A DNA stretch of 64,000 bases from an uncultured Candidatus Poseidoniales archaeon (GTDB lineage Archaea > Thermoplasmatota > Poseidoniia > Poseidoniales > Thalassarchaeaceae): the NCBI GenBank assembly GCA_905182515.1, contig CAJJBW010000003.1, positions 19,248-83,247 of the forward strand. The letters run 5' to 3'. Both the position numbers and the translations under genes were made by a program. The notes beneath the pieces were generated by a model. It worked only from the letters and a program-made list of their open reading frames with translations. It had not been told where the DNA came from and searched no databases. Shown one piece after another: positions 55,160 to 64,000 of this stretch; within the stretch, counting starts at the first letter, position 1, and every line of letters starts with the position of its first letter.

Positions 55160-57535
55160 CTATTTTTTTTGCTCAAACTCTCGTTTTACTTTGGATGGCC
55201 CTAGTTGAAGTGCCAGTATAGAGACAATTATCAACCCTATTGATGCAATAATTGAGGCCACAGCACGCTTATTAATATCTATGCCATCAGATTCTCCTCT
55301 TTCAATTACTTTGATACTTATTATCAAAATATTATTGTTTTCATCAGTTTCTTGTATCTCTAATGTACTATCAACTTCTACTTTTATGGATAGTTCATTT
55401 TCTATCTGATTAATCTGAGCATCGCATGTTGCAACACCCATCCCTCCGGGTGAAATGTTTTCTATAGTTGAATGGCCAACTAGAATTCCTCCAATTGTAC
55501 ACTGAAGAGTTACTATCCCAGTATCTCCCATCCCTGTATTTCTAACATATGTTATGATCTCTATTATATCTCCCTCAATGATTATGTCAATAATCTTTCC
55601 ACTTTCTGTTATTTCAATACTTTCAATTATTAGATCAGGTTTTGCTTCGACTATTACTTCTATACTTTGCTTTATCTCAAATAGCCCGTCAGTTATTGTA
55701 ATTTCCACATCATGAATCCCACTCTGCACAGGGGAAAGAACTAGATCTCTTTGTTCGTTAACTATTGCCCAACTTCTACTCGTGGAAATAGTTAAATCTG
55801 GGCTATCTACATCTATTATATTCATTTCTAATATTTCTGTATCTCCTAAATTTACATAAGTACTAAGTGGTAAGCCTTCTAAAACGGGTGAATCAGGTAT
55901 TGAATTAATTTTTATTATAAAACTATCATTCCAAAAGTTTCCTCTTGCATCTATTACATTGACGTTAATCTTAGCATCCCCATAAGCGTTTTCTTTGGGT
56001 TGTATTCTTAAATCTCCAGAAGAGGATGAAACTGAAACCAGTTCTTCATTCATACTTATTCCTGATATAAATAATTCGTCAGTTGGAGTATAATCATCCT
56101 CACATCGAGTAGAAACTGGAATTATCAAGCCACCTTCGTCTTCATCAATTTCTATATTATCAAGATTTAAACAATTGGGGTCATAATCCCATTCAATATT
56201 ATACCCTCCTTCTATTGAGATAGAAGTTATATGTACTATACTAGTTTCCTGAGTTCCATTTGATGCCCATTGAAATCTTGATGCTATGCCAACGTCAAAT
56301 TCTCCCTCTGCTGGCAAAGCATGACCTATGTTAGCAGAAATAGAAAAACTTCCGAGACTAATCGGCATTGTATGGACTAACTCGTCTCCTATTGCAAATA
56401 ATACTTGAGAGGTATTAGATAAACCTTCTATTTTGCCAGACACATAGCCGTTAATGATTAATTTAGGATCATTTATATCTATTCTTATTTTTTCAATACA
56501 TCCGTCAGTTATTGTTATTTTCAAGTCTAATTCATCCAATTCAGAAGGAAACAACTCTCCTGATAATATTCCTTTATATTCATCATCATTTTGTTTATAT
56601 GATATTGTAAAGTTACCTTCTCCATAAGAATGCAATCTGCCTATACTTTGCCCTGGAGGAATTACAATGCCCTCAATAGTCCAGTACCCTATTTCTGACT
56701 GAAGGCCATTTATTAAGCCACAGCTTGATTGAATCAATCCTTGAAAATTTCCATGATAGGGGCCAAACTCTAGAATAGGCAACTCTTCTTCTATGATTGT
56801 AGTCTCTGCTTTTACATTTTCAAAGGAGTACCAAGGTTGATGATATTTTACTCTTAATCCAACGGCATCTACTCTTACTTCCGAATCATCTTCACCTATG
56901 TTGTCAGATACATAATCAATAGTTAATTCAGAGATTTCTAACTTATTCCAGTCCCAGATTAGTTCGTTATCTAATAATATTACTACAGGATTATTCATCC
57001 TATTCAGTCCTCCTGAGGTGTCAACATTAGTAAATGTTCTAATTAATCGGTCTGAATTGTGATTTTTTAATAAAACATTCACCTCATCCTGATTTAATTC
57101 ATTTGGGATGCTAATGTGCAATACTAGAGAAACACTTTCAATAATAAAATTATTGTAATTTGAAAAATCATACCCATCCATAGATATTTCTGGGCCAGTT
57201 GACCAAGTATACGATCCATCTGGAGCTTCTAATGTATTGTTTGAACTTGTGGAACTAGTTTCTGCCCAAGCAGTATAAAAAGCAAAATTATCTGGCCTAT
57301 TATGTGTAATTGATAATTCATTGTCTGCTATCATGCCTACGCTATATTCTGCAATATTATTTGAGAATCCTGAAGAGCTACTAATTCTCCATTCTTCTGA
57401 ATTCATAAAATCTCCTGATTTAAGTATTTCATTGTTTTCTGCAGATATGACTTCATCTGCATATGATATTTGTACAGGTAAAAGCAAACTCAATATTATC
57501 AATGAAATCAAGCACCTATGCCTCGTCCTTGCCAT
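55160..57535 (-). CDS. Secreted or membrane-anchored surface protein with cadherin-like and CARDB domains
   Basis: Signal peptide from ATG 57535; INSIPDSPV cadherin-like repeat; KPDLII...VRNTG...IQETDENNN CARDB; C-terminal TM. Confidence 0.8.
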   Translation of the reverse strand: MARTRHRCLISLIILSLLLPVQISYADEVISAENNEILKSGDFMNSEEWRISSSSGFSNNIAEYSVGMIADNELSITHNRPDNFAFYTAWAETSSTSSNNTLEAPDGSYTWSTGPEISMDGYDFSNYNNFIIESVSLVLHISIPNELNQDEVNVLLKNHNSDRLIRTFTNVDTSGGLNRMNNPVVILLDNELIWDWNKLEISELTIDYVSDNIGEDDSEVRVDAVGLRVKYHQPWYSFENVKAETTIIEEELPILEFGPYHGNFQGLIQSSCGLINGLQSEIGYWTIEGIVIPPGQSIGRLHSYGEGNFTISYKQNDDEYKGILSGELFPSELDELDLKITITDGCIEKIRIDINDPKLIINGYVSGKIEGLSNTSQVLFAIGDELVHTMPISLGSFSISANIGHALPAEGEFDVGIASRFQWASNGTQETSIVHITSISIEGGYNIEWDYDPNCLNLDNIEIDEDEGGLIIPVSTRCEDDYTPTDELFISGISMNEELVSVSSSSGDLRIQPKENAYGDAKINVNVIDARGNFWNDSFIIKINSIPDSPVLEGLPLSTYVNLGDTEILEMNIIDVDSPDLTISTSRSWAIVNEQRDLVLSPVQSGIHDVEITITDGLFEIKQSIEVIVEAKPDLIIESIEITESGKIIDIIIEGDIIEIITYVRNTGMGDTGIVTLQCTIGGILVGHSTIENISPGGMGVATCDAQINQIENELSIKVEVDSTLEIQETDENNNILIISIKVIERGESDGIDINKRAVASIIASIGLIIVSILALQLGPSKVKREFEQKK

Positions 57536-57642
57536 ATTACTCAACGAGAGGCTATACTGCTTCAATACGTTGGTTAATTGAGCCCGTAGCATGCCTATAC
57601 ATACGTTTGATATATGGAGAACATCACGCTACCTCTACGTAC

Positions 57643-57718
57643 GGCTGTGATAGTGTAGAGGTTAGCACGGTGGGTTGTGGTCCCGCCGGCCCGGGTTCAA
57701 TTCCCGGTCACGGCCCCA
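57643..57718 (+). tRNA. tRNA-His(GTG) with genome-encoded G-1
   Basis: G(-1)GCTGTGA/TCACGGC-C73-CCA; anticodon loop TTGTGGT. Confidence 0.95.
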
Positions 57719-57724
57719 CTAAGA

Positions 57725-58333
57725 TTAAATTAAGAAATCCTTATTTATTGAATGGCCCATTCTACCTACTTTAGTTGTCATATAGTCGCGGTTATCTTCA
57801 CCTATTCCTACAACCAATGGCACAGTTTTTCGAACCTCAATTCCATACTTTTCTAATTGTTTAATTTTCTCAGGATTATTAGTCAATAGGCATACTTTAT
57901 CGATTCCAATGGAATTTAATATCTCGGAAGCAACATTATAATTTCTAGCATCTACGGGATGGCCCAACATTAAGTTTGCATCATGTGTATCTACTCCCTT
58001 ATCTTGAAGATTATATGCTTGTATTTTGGCATGTAATCCTATGCCTCTGCCTTCTTGCCTCAAGTAAACTAAACACCCCCACCCATTCTCCTGGATTTGA
58101 CCTAAAGCGGAACTTAATTGAGGTCCACAATCACACCTTAAACTTCCAAAGGCATCTCCAGTAAGGCACTCTGAATGCACTCTGACTAAGACGGGATCAG
58201 GACCAGACATTTCTCCAAGCGTTAGTGCGACATGATCAAATCCTGTAGTTTCTTCATGGAATACTCTGATTCTAAAATGACCATATGATGTTGGCAATTT
58301 TGCATCCGCAGGAATTTCTTTTTCAGATACTAT
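57725..58333 (-). CDS. ribA: GTP cyclohydrolase II (bacterial RibA type); start uncertain
   Basis: A.LPT.YG.F, VRVHSECLTGD.FGSLRCDCG, YLRQEGRGIGL, LLTNNP.K. The conserved start of the domain precedes the track's TTG (58297). Confidence 0.9.
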   Translation of the reverse strand: MVSEKEIPADAKLPTSYGHFRIRVFHEETTGFDHVALTLGEMSGPDPVLVRVHSECLTGDAFGSLRCDCGPQLSSALGQIQENGWGCLVYLRQEGRGIGLHAKIQAYNLQDKGVDTHDANLMLGHPVDARNYNVASEILNSIGIDKVCLLTNNPEKIKQLEKYGIEVRKTVPLVVGIGEDNRDYMTTKVGRMGHSINKDFLI

Positions 58334-58397
58334 GTAATCCTCTCCATACCCTGCTAATTCTTCTTCTTATTAAATAAAATTGCATCAAATCTTCGTA

Positions 58398-58646
58398 TTA
58401 TTCTATCTCGGTGTTAATTATAGTAAAAGTATATTCTCCTGCATCCTCATTAATTTGTTTTAGGATAATCCCCATCCTTTCGCACAAAGCTGGTATGTCA
58501 TGTAGCGTTTCAGGATCATCGCACAACAGTTTAATCACTTCTCCTTCCTTGGCTGTTTTAATTGCCGTTCTTAATTCATGCACGGGTATAGGGCAATAGA
58601 AACCTAGTAAATCTAATATTACTATGGATTCATGCCCATTATTCAA
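58398..58646 (-). CDS. tusA: TusA/SirA-family sulfur carrier
   Basis: LDLLGFYCPIPV, L.LLCDDP....DIP. Confidence 0.9.
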   Translation of the reverse strand: MNNGHESIVILDLLGFYCPIPVHELRTAIKTAKEGEVIKLLCDDPETLHDIPALCERMGIILKQINEDAGEYTFTIINTEIE

Positions 58647-58655
58647 GATAATCCC

Positions 58656-59912
58656 TCATTCATAGATTCTCATATAGTGAAAAGTAGTCGATTCTTCTCT
58701 ACTCAATTCTCCTTTGATATTTCCTTCTGATGCCTTTTTCCATCTTTCCATAAATATTCCTTTTTCCCAATCTTCCAAAAACATTGGTCTAATATATGAT
58801 GATCTACATACTGCCCTAGTATTTCCTAAGTCTGCAGCAACTGTATCTATGATAGCTATCATTGTAGCCATTCTTTCTTTGTTTTCTTTTCCTGGTAATG
58901 CACCTTTATCAGCTAATTTTACTAAACCTTCAGGTTTTTTTAATCTAACAGGTTTACCTAAAGAATCTTCCTTCCAAATTATAGTTGGATCTAATTCTAA
59001 CATATCTTCTTCTTTAGCCTTTTGATATAACTTTGGAATTTGCATTATTTCATCTTCAGTTGCTTCTGATATTAATGCTAATCTAGCAGCCATTTTCCAA
59101 GAAGCAGCCCAGGTTCTAAAATGCTTAGCTGTAAATTCTGAATCGGTGGATTCTTGAATATATTTATTGATATGTTCTGCTTTTACGTCAAAGTCATTTC
59201 CATTTTCATCTTCATATCTGAATAACTCTTCTTTATTTCTATCGGGTCCAACTTTTCTTGATGCTTTAATTAATTCAACAAGTTTATTGTCCTTTACTAA
59301 AATCTTCCATTCTTTGCCCGACTTGCCTGTAAATTTAAAAAATGCATCATTTGTACCTTTAATATATTTAAAATGCCCATTTTGTAATGTTGTTAATCCA
59401 TAAGATTCATTTTCCTTTGCGTATTCATCAGAGCCTACACGAATATGATATCTATCCATTAATTTAATTACTAATGCAACAGTTTTGTCTAGTGGCATAC
59501 CTTCTTTTTGTATGTCTATAGATACTCTTAATCTTAATTTTGACAATTTCTCTGCAAATTCATCTACTTCTGCAAATTTATCATCTGCTCGCTTTTTTAT
59601 CCATTCTGGGTGATATCTATATTGTAATCTGCCTTTTGAATCTAGCCCAGTGGCTTGTATATGCCCATTTCCTTTACTATCAAACCATACGTCTGTCCAA
59701 GCAGGAGGTACTGCGAGAGAATTTAACATTTCTATCCTCTCAGCATTATTCAAAACTTTACCGTCAGGAAACCTATATTTCCATTTAATTTCAATCTTAC
59801 CTCCTTCTTCAACGGGGGGTATTTCTATCATTTCTCTGGATATACCGGGGATTGTCCTATCAGATATTTCTAAGCCGGCTTCTTTTGCAACTGTTGCAGT
59901 ATCAACGCCCAT
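58656..59912 (-). CDS. DNA topoisomerase IB (short bacterial/poxvirus type)
   Basis: PPAWTDVW, GHIQATG.D.KGR.QYRYH, IRVG (Arg), FTGKSG (Lys), K.FRTW (Arg), LGNT (Asn), RSSYI (catalytic Tyr). Confidence 0.93.
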   Translation of the reverse strand: MGVDTATVAKEAGLEISDRTIPGISREMIEIPPVEEGGKIEIKWKYRFPDGKVLNNAERIEMLNSLAVPPAWTDVWFDSKGNGHIQATGLDSKGRLQYRYHPEWIKKRADDKFAEVDEFAEKLSKLRLRVSIDIQKEGMPLDKTVALVIKLMDRYHIRVGSDEYAKENESYGLTTLQNGHFKYIKGTNDAFFKFTGKSGKEWKILVKDNKLVELIKASRKVGPDRNKEELFRYEDENGNDFDVKAEHINKYIQESTDSEFTAKHFRTWAASWKMAARLALISEATEDEIMQIPKLYQKAKEEDMLELDPTIIWKEDSLGKPVRLKKPEGLVKLADKGALPGKENKERMATMIAIIDTVAADLGNTRAVCRSSYIRPMFLEDWEKGIFMERWKKASEGNIKGELSREESTTFHYMRIYE

Positions 59913-59951
59913 GCTCTGCGTACAATGAGGAAGACTAAATTAGTTACGAAC

Positions 59952-61295
59952 CTAATCAGAGAATTGTGCCAATATTACTTCTAAACTTCTGATGTCATTC
60001 TCAATATTTTCTTTTTCTGTACGCTTCAAATCTCCTTGAGTAATCTGCGTGTTTAAATACTCTAATTCTGCCTTCATTTCTCCTCTTTCCGACATAAGTG
60101 CAGATTCATCTCTGGCCATAGTCATAGTAGCTACTTGTTGCCTACTGGATTTTCTTCTTTTTCTTCTTTTTATTGTTGCTTCATCTTCTCCAAATAGTGT
60201 AGGTTTATGTTCTAATTCTATCGCCACTGGATAAGGTATGCTTATTCCCTCTATGTTAAATCTAATATCTATTTCCCTCAAAAGCCAATCTTTCGCAAAG
60301 AATTCATCATCATAATCTTCTATCCATGTATATAGTCTGAAAATTTTTGAGTAATCTCCTAATTCTCTAAGTAAAACCCGTGGAGGTGGATCTGAATTAA
60401 CAAATTTACATTTTTTTGCTACCTCTGTTATGACTTGCTTCACATGTGCTGAATTTTCATCATAATCAACTCCTATGTCCATATGAAGGGATACTCTGCT
60501 GGCAACTCCGTCGCCCCCACCTCTCGCAAAGTTTGTTATTGTTGAATCTATTAATCTGTTATTTGGTATTATGACTAATTGTTCGGTAAATGTTAGTATT
60601 TTAGTTGATAGTATTCCAACCGATACTACACTCCCTTGAATTCCCTCAACTTCTATTCTGTCTCCAACTTCAAATGGTTGATCTATTGCGAGCATAAAAG
60701 AATTTATTATGTTTCCAAGTGTTTGCTGAACTGCTAATCCTATTATTAATGAGAATACTGCCAAGGATGCCAATATTCCAAACAATTCTATTCCGACAGT
60801 ATCTAATGCTAGATTTAATCCTATGAACCATACCATGCCTCTTCCAATAAATACCATTATTGGGTTTCCTCCGGTGACAGTAACTGATTTATTTACTGTA
60901 TATTTGTCAAATACTGCAGGAATTATGAATTTTATTCCGATACTAATTAATGATGTAGTAAGAAGTATGTAAGTTGCTGAAAAATACCCTTCAATACTTA
61001 AGTAAAATAAACTATCTCCTACTCCATCAATCCAATCAATTGAAAGCTCTAATCCTGCAGCTAAAACAAAAATATAAATTCTATTAATTATTGGAATTAA
61101 AGCTGCATTATCCCAATCATTTTCAGTTTTTTTAACTATTTTCCAGGCAACCCTAGAAAGTACTAATTTGACTACCAATAATGTAAATATTATTGCTCCT
61201 ATGCAAAATCCTATTTGATAAATAGCGCCTAAATCACTAATTTGCTGCAGCATTTCTGTTATTGGAGAAAAAACGTTATTTAATTCACCTGCCAT
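59952..61295 (-). CDS. mscS: Small-conductance mechanosensitive channel
   Basis: IIGLAVQQTLGNII, FEVGDRIE, G.V..VGILST, IPN..L...ITNF, GISIPYP. Confidence 0.9.
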   Translation of the reverse strand: MAGELNNVFSPITEMLQQISDLGAIYQIGFCIGAIIFTLLVVKLVLSRVAWKIVKKTENDWDNAALIPIINRIYIFVLAAGLELSIDWIDGVGDSLFYLSIEGYFSATYILLTTSLISIGIKFIIPAVFDKYTVNKSVTVTGGNPIMVFIGRGMVWFIGLNLALDTVGIELFGILASLAVFSLIIGLAVQQTLGNIINSFMLAIDQPFEVGDRIEVEGIQGSVVSVGILSTKILTFTEQLVIIPNNRLIDSTITNFARGGGDGVASRVSLHMDIGVDYDENSAHVKQVITEVAKKCKFVNSDPPPRVLLRELGDYSKIFRLYTWIEDYDDEFFAKDWLLREIDIRFNIEGISIPYPVAIELEHKPTLFGEDEATIKRRKRRKSSRQQVATMTMARDESALMSERGEMKAELEYLNTQITQGDLKRTEKENIENDIRSLEVILAQFSD

Positions 61296-61371
61296 GCTGA
61301 TAACGCCGCCTCAATCCCTATTTAATTACTATCTAATATATTATTTATTAACTTTGATTTATTAAATTAAA

Positions 61372-64000
61372 TTATTTAATGAAGTCATATGCTTGTTTCG
61401 CCCATTCATCCCTTTTGATACGCCCTAGGAAGAATTCAATAGCGACATTCACTTGATTCTCTATTTCTTCATCCATATTTGATATCTGCCTAAAGGTAAA
61501 TATCCCTAAAGCATTTAATTTTTCTTCAATAAATGGTCCTATGCCCTTGATTTCTTGTAAATCGTCCTTATTGATTAGGATGGCACCCTCTTGTAGGCTT
61601 CCTTTTATTCCCGTTACCCCTGTTAAAATATTTTCCTTTTTGCCTGTCCAATTTATGATGGTATTACCGGATTTATCATTGATATATGCCTTACCAGTAT
61701 CGGGAAATTCAGATGCATCTGATAGGGCGATAAGCGAATTATCTGGTGAATACTCAGAGATAATTTCTGAACTAGCAGCATGGCCAATAGTTACAAAATC
61801 TATACTGCTAGCCTTTGATGCTATCCTAGCCAAGTCTTTTCTTTTCTTTTCTTCTTTAGTGTATTTAGGTTGTTCTACAATAACGGTATTTGTAATTTCA
61901 TCATCAAATTCATCATCAAATTCATCATCAAATTCATCATCAAATTCTTCAACTACAACTTTTTCTTCCTTTTTCTCAACTGGTTCAATGATCTCTTCTA
62001 AAGGAGATACTCTAACTTCCCATCTAAAGTATACTGAAGCCCTCCCTACTCTCATAAATGCATTAAATGTAGTAGCGATTTTATTTGGATTATAATCAGT
62101 GAATTGTAATCTGAATTCTATCTCTCCTCTAGCATTAGCTCTAGTATCTTTAATTCTAAAATTACCTTCTTCTCCTTCAGTTGAAAGATTGATGAAGTCT
62201 ATTTTTAGCCTAGGGGTAATATTTGTTATTTTAATCAATTCAAGACTTTCTGCGCTTCCTCCTGACCTAATTCCTTTCAGGGATTTTAAGACAAAAGGAT
62301 CTTCATATTCTCCGGATCCAGATGAAAATTTATGAGAGGAACTAGTATATGGTGGCTCAGGGCCTCTTATTTCGTCATCATTAACTCCAAAAGGATTCAA
62401 TGCCCAGAATAATAATAATATTAATAGAACCAATGGGAAACATATTACCCAGAAGATTTTAGTTGACCCAATATCTGATAATTCTAAATGATCACAAATA
62501 TTATTTTCATCCTCATCTAGAGGGAAATCCGTACTATTTTTTGGACTAGTACCACAATTTACTTCTGCAGTATCATTCCATCCATCACCATCATCATCTA
62601 AGTCAGAGATTAGATTTAATGATAAACAGTAACTGGAATTTGTAGCATACTGACAAGTAATATCATCAGGGATTCCATCTCCATCTGTGTCGTCCCATGC
62701 AAATGAATCATTAGCAAATGCATCTATGTCATCAGCCCTTCCGTCTCCATCATCATCATCATCTACAAAGTCACACTTACCATCATCATCAATATCATTT
62801 GGATATGATTCAGGATCAATAATAGACGTATTACAATCGAACTCATCCTGATCGTTCCATCCATCTCCATCTGAGTCTAAATCCTCAATTATTTCTGGAA
62901 TAATATCGAAATCCACAGTATATGAAAAGTTATATTGACCATTAATTCCCATTATTGTATGGGAGTACTCTAAGATTAAGTGATTATATTGTACCAATGG
63001 CGTACCAGAGATAATTCCTGTAAAGATATCTAAAATTAAACCATCAGGTAAATTCGGTATTACACTATATTCTAGAATATCTCCTCCTGAAGGTGCAATT
63101 CTTGGAATAATTGGCTGAATTTCTTCTCCTACTATTGCAACTATTTTGTCATTAGGATAAAAGAAAAGAATCGGAGAATCATCAATTAAATCTAAGATAT
63201 TGCATATTCCATCTCCATCTAGGTCGCTAGGAGACAGATACAATTCCAATGGCTCAGTGCCACACTCAATTTCAATAGTATCATTCCATCCATCGTTGTC
63301 ATCGTCTTCATCTAATATATCGGGAATTCCATCTAAATCACTATCTAGATATTCTACAGATATTGTTAGATTAAATATATCTATGTGGATTGAATTACTT
63401 GCAGAGATTGAAAATATAGTATCATTGAATGTAATTAATGGCGCTCCAGAGACGACTCCATTAGTAAAATTAAATATTAGGCCATCAGGCATTTGAGGCA
63501 TTATACTCCAATTTGTAACATTTCCTCCAAATATCTGTGGCTCAAGATATATTTCATCAAATTCTATAATTAGATCAACGTCATCTTCAAGGTATAATAA
63601 ATCAAAATAACTATCATCTACGTCGGGAATCGAAGACTTCAATGTAATTAAGATAGAATCACTATATTGAGAGTTATTGGCCCACACAGTGAATGTTGTT
63701 AATGGAAATTCAAACATTGGGGATCCAGAAATTGATCCGGTCCCTACCATGGAAAGTGACCTATATGCTGAACCATTATCTAAATTAAGGCCCGAAGGTA
63801 GTTCAGGACTAATCTCCCATTCTCGTACGTCTGCACCATAAACTGTAGCTATTAAGACATCCATTGGCTCATTTACAAATAAGTTCTGAGAAATACTGGA
63901 ATATGTCAAATATATTTCTCCATCATCAACATCATCTAAATTATCACATATATTATCTGAGTCGGCATCTAAAGGTATACTCGTGGATAGTAACGGATTA
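61372..64000 (-). CDS. Surface protein with putative-Ig (He_PIG-like) and TSP3 repeats, TM and a cytoplasmic helix-hairpin-helix domain (partial; starts beyond the right edge)
   Basis: Frame stays open to 64000 (NPLLSTSIPLDADSDNICDNLDD...); LP.GL..D..TG.ISG.P Ig repeats; DxDGDG repeats; DDLQEIKGIGPFIEEKLNALGI. Confidence 0.82.
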   Translation of the reverse strand, partial: NPLLSTSIPLDADSDNICDNLDDVDDGEIYLTYSSISQNLFVNEPMDVLIATVYGADVREWEISPELPSGLNLDNGSAYRSLSMVGTGSISGSPMFEFPLTTFTVWANNSQYSDSILITLKSSIPDVDDSYFDLLYLEDDVDLIIEFDEIYLEPQIFGGNVTNWSIMPQMPDGLIFNFTNGVVSGAPLITFNDTIFSISASNSIHIDIFNLTISVEYLDSDLDGIPDILDEDDDNDGWNDTIEIECGTEPLELYLSPSDLDGDGICNILDLIDDSPILFFYPNDKIVAIVGEEIQPIIPRIAPSGGDILEYSVIPNLPDGLILDIFTGIISGTPLVQYNHLILEYSHTIMGINGQYNFSYTVDFDIIPEIIEDLDSDGDGWNDQDEFDCNTSIIDPESYPNDIDDDGKCDFVDDDDDGDGRADDIDAFANDSFAWDDTDGDGIPDDITCQYATNSSYCLSLNLISDLDDDGDGWNDTAEVNCGTSPKNSTDFPLDEDENNICDHLELSDIGSTKIFWVICFPLVLLILLLFWALNPFGVNDDEIRGPEPPYTSSSHKFSSGSGEYEDPFVLKSLKGIRSGGSAESLELIKITNITPRLKIDFINLSTEGEEGNFRIKDTRANARGEIEFRLQFTDYNPNKIATTFNAFMRVGRASVYFRWEVRVSPLEEIIEPVEKKEEKVVVEEFDDEFDDEFDDEFDDEITNTVIVEQPKYTKEEKKRKDLARIASKASSIDFVTIGHAASSEIISEYSPDNSLIALSDASEFPDTGKAYINDKSGNTIINWTGKKENILTGVTGIKGSLQEGAILINKDDLQEIKGIGPFIEEKLNALGIFTFRQISNMDEEIENQVNVAIEFFLGRIKRDEWAKQAYDFIK
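61897..61944 (-). repeat. Perfect 12-nt tandem repeat (4 copies) encoding FDDE
   Basis: TTCATCATCAAA x4 on the + strand. Confidence 0.95.

Noticed and set aside
57536-57592. N-terminal extension of the 810-aa ORF
   Set aside because: The signal peptide begins at ATG 57535; the extension runs into the tRNA-His promoter region.

Overview
Gene-dense, AT-rich (roughly one-third GC by eye) archaeal chromosome segment. Archaeal informational genes (rpoE'/spt4/rps24e/rps27ae, archaeal alaS, dtdA, cbf5, GPN GTPase, DGGGP synthase), several bacterial-type metabolic genes and many giant acidic surface proteins point to Marine Group II Euryarchaeota (Ca. Poseidoniales); this is an inference, not a database result. 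I support about 45 CDS (two run off the window ends) and 5 intron-less tRNAs (Ile2/Met-CAT, Ser-GGA, Thr-GGT, Glu-CTC, His-GTG), all with genome-encoded CCA. I saw no rRNA, CRISPR array, integrase, transposase or prophage. Strongest leads: (1) an ORF at the left edge, missed by the ORF track, that aligns motif-for-motif by eye with the animal CD36/SR-BI/LIMP-2 scavenger-receptor family; (2) a polyproline protein with a mu-homology-like (adaptin/delta-COP) segment, lying between a GPN GTPase and an EMC3/TMCO1 insertase; (3) a polar-amino-acid ABC permease carrying a YCF48/BNR beta-propeller where a binding domain would normally be, with no binding-protein gene nearby; (4) an AlkA-family glycosylase in frame with rtcB and lacking a canonical start codon, with a similar start anomaly in ribA; (5) a bacterial/poxvirus-type topoisomerase IB with a large insertion; (6) a GC-rich element with alternative hairpins ahead of the rpoE' operon. 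All family calls are by-eye motif recognition and need HMM or structure confirmation.
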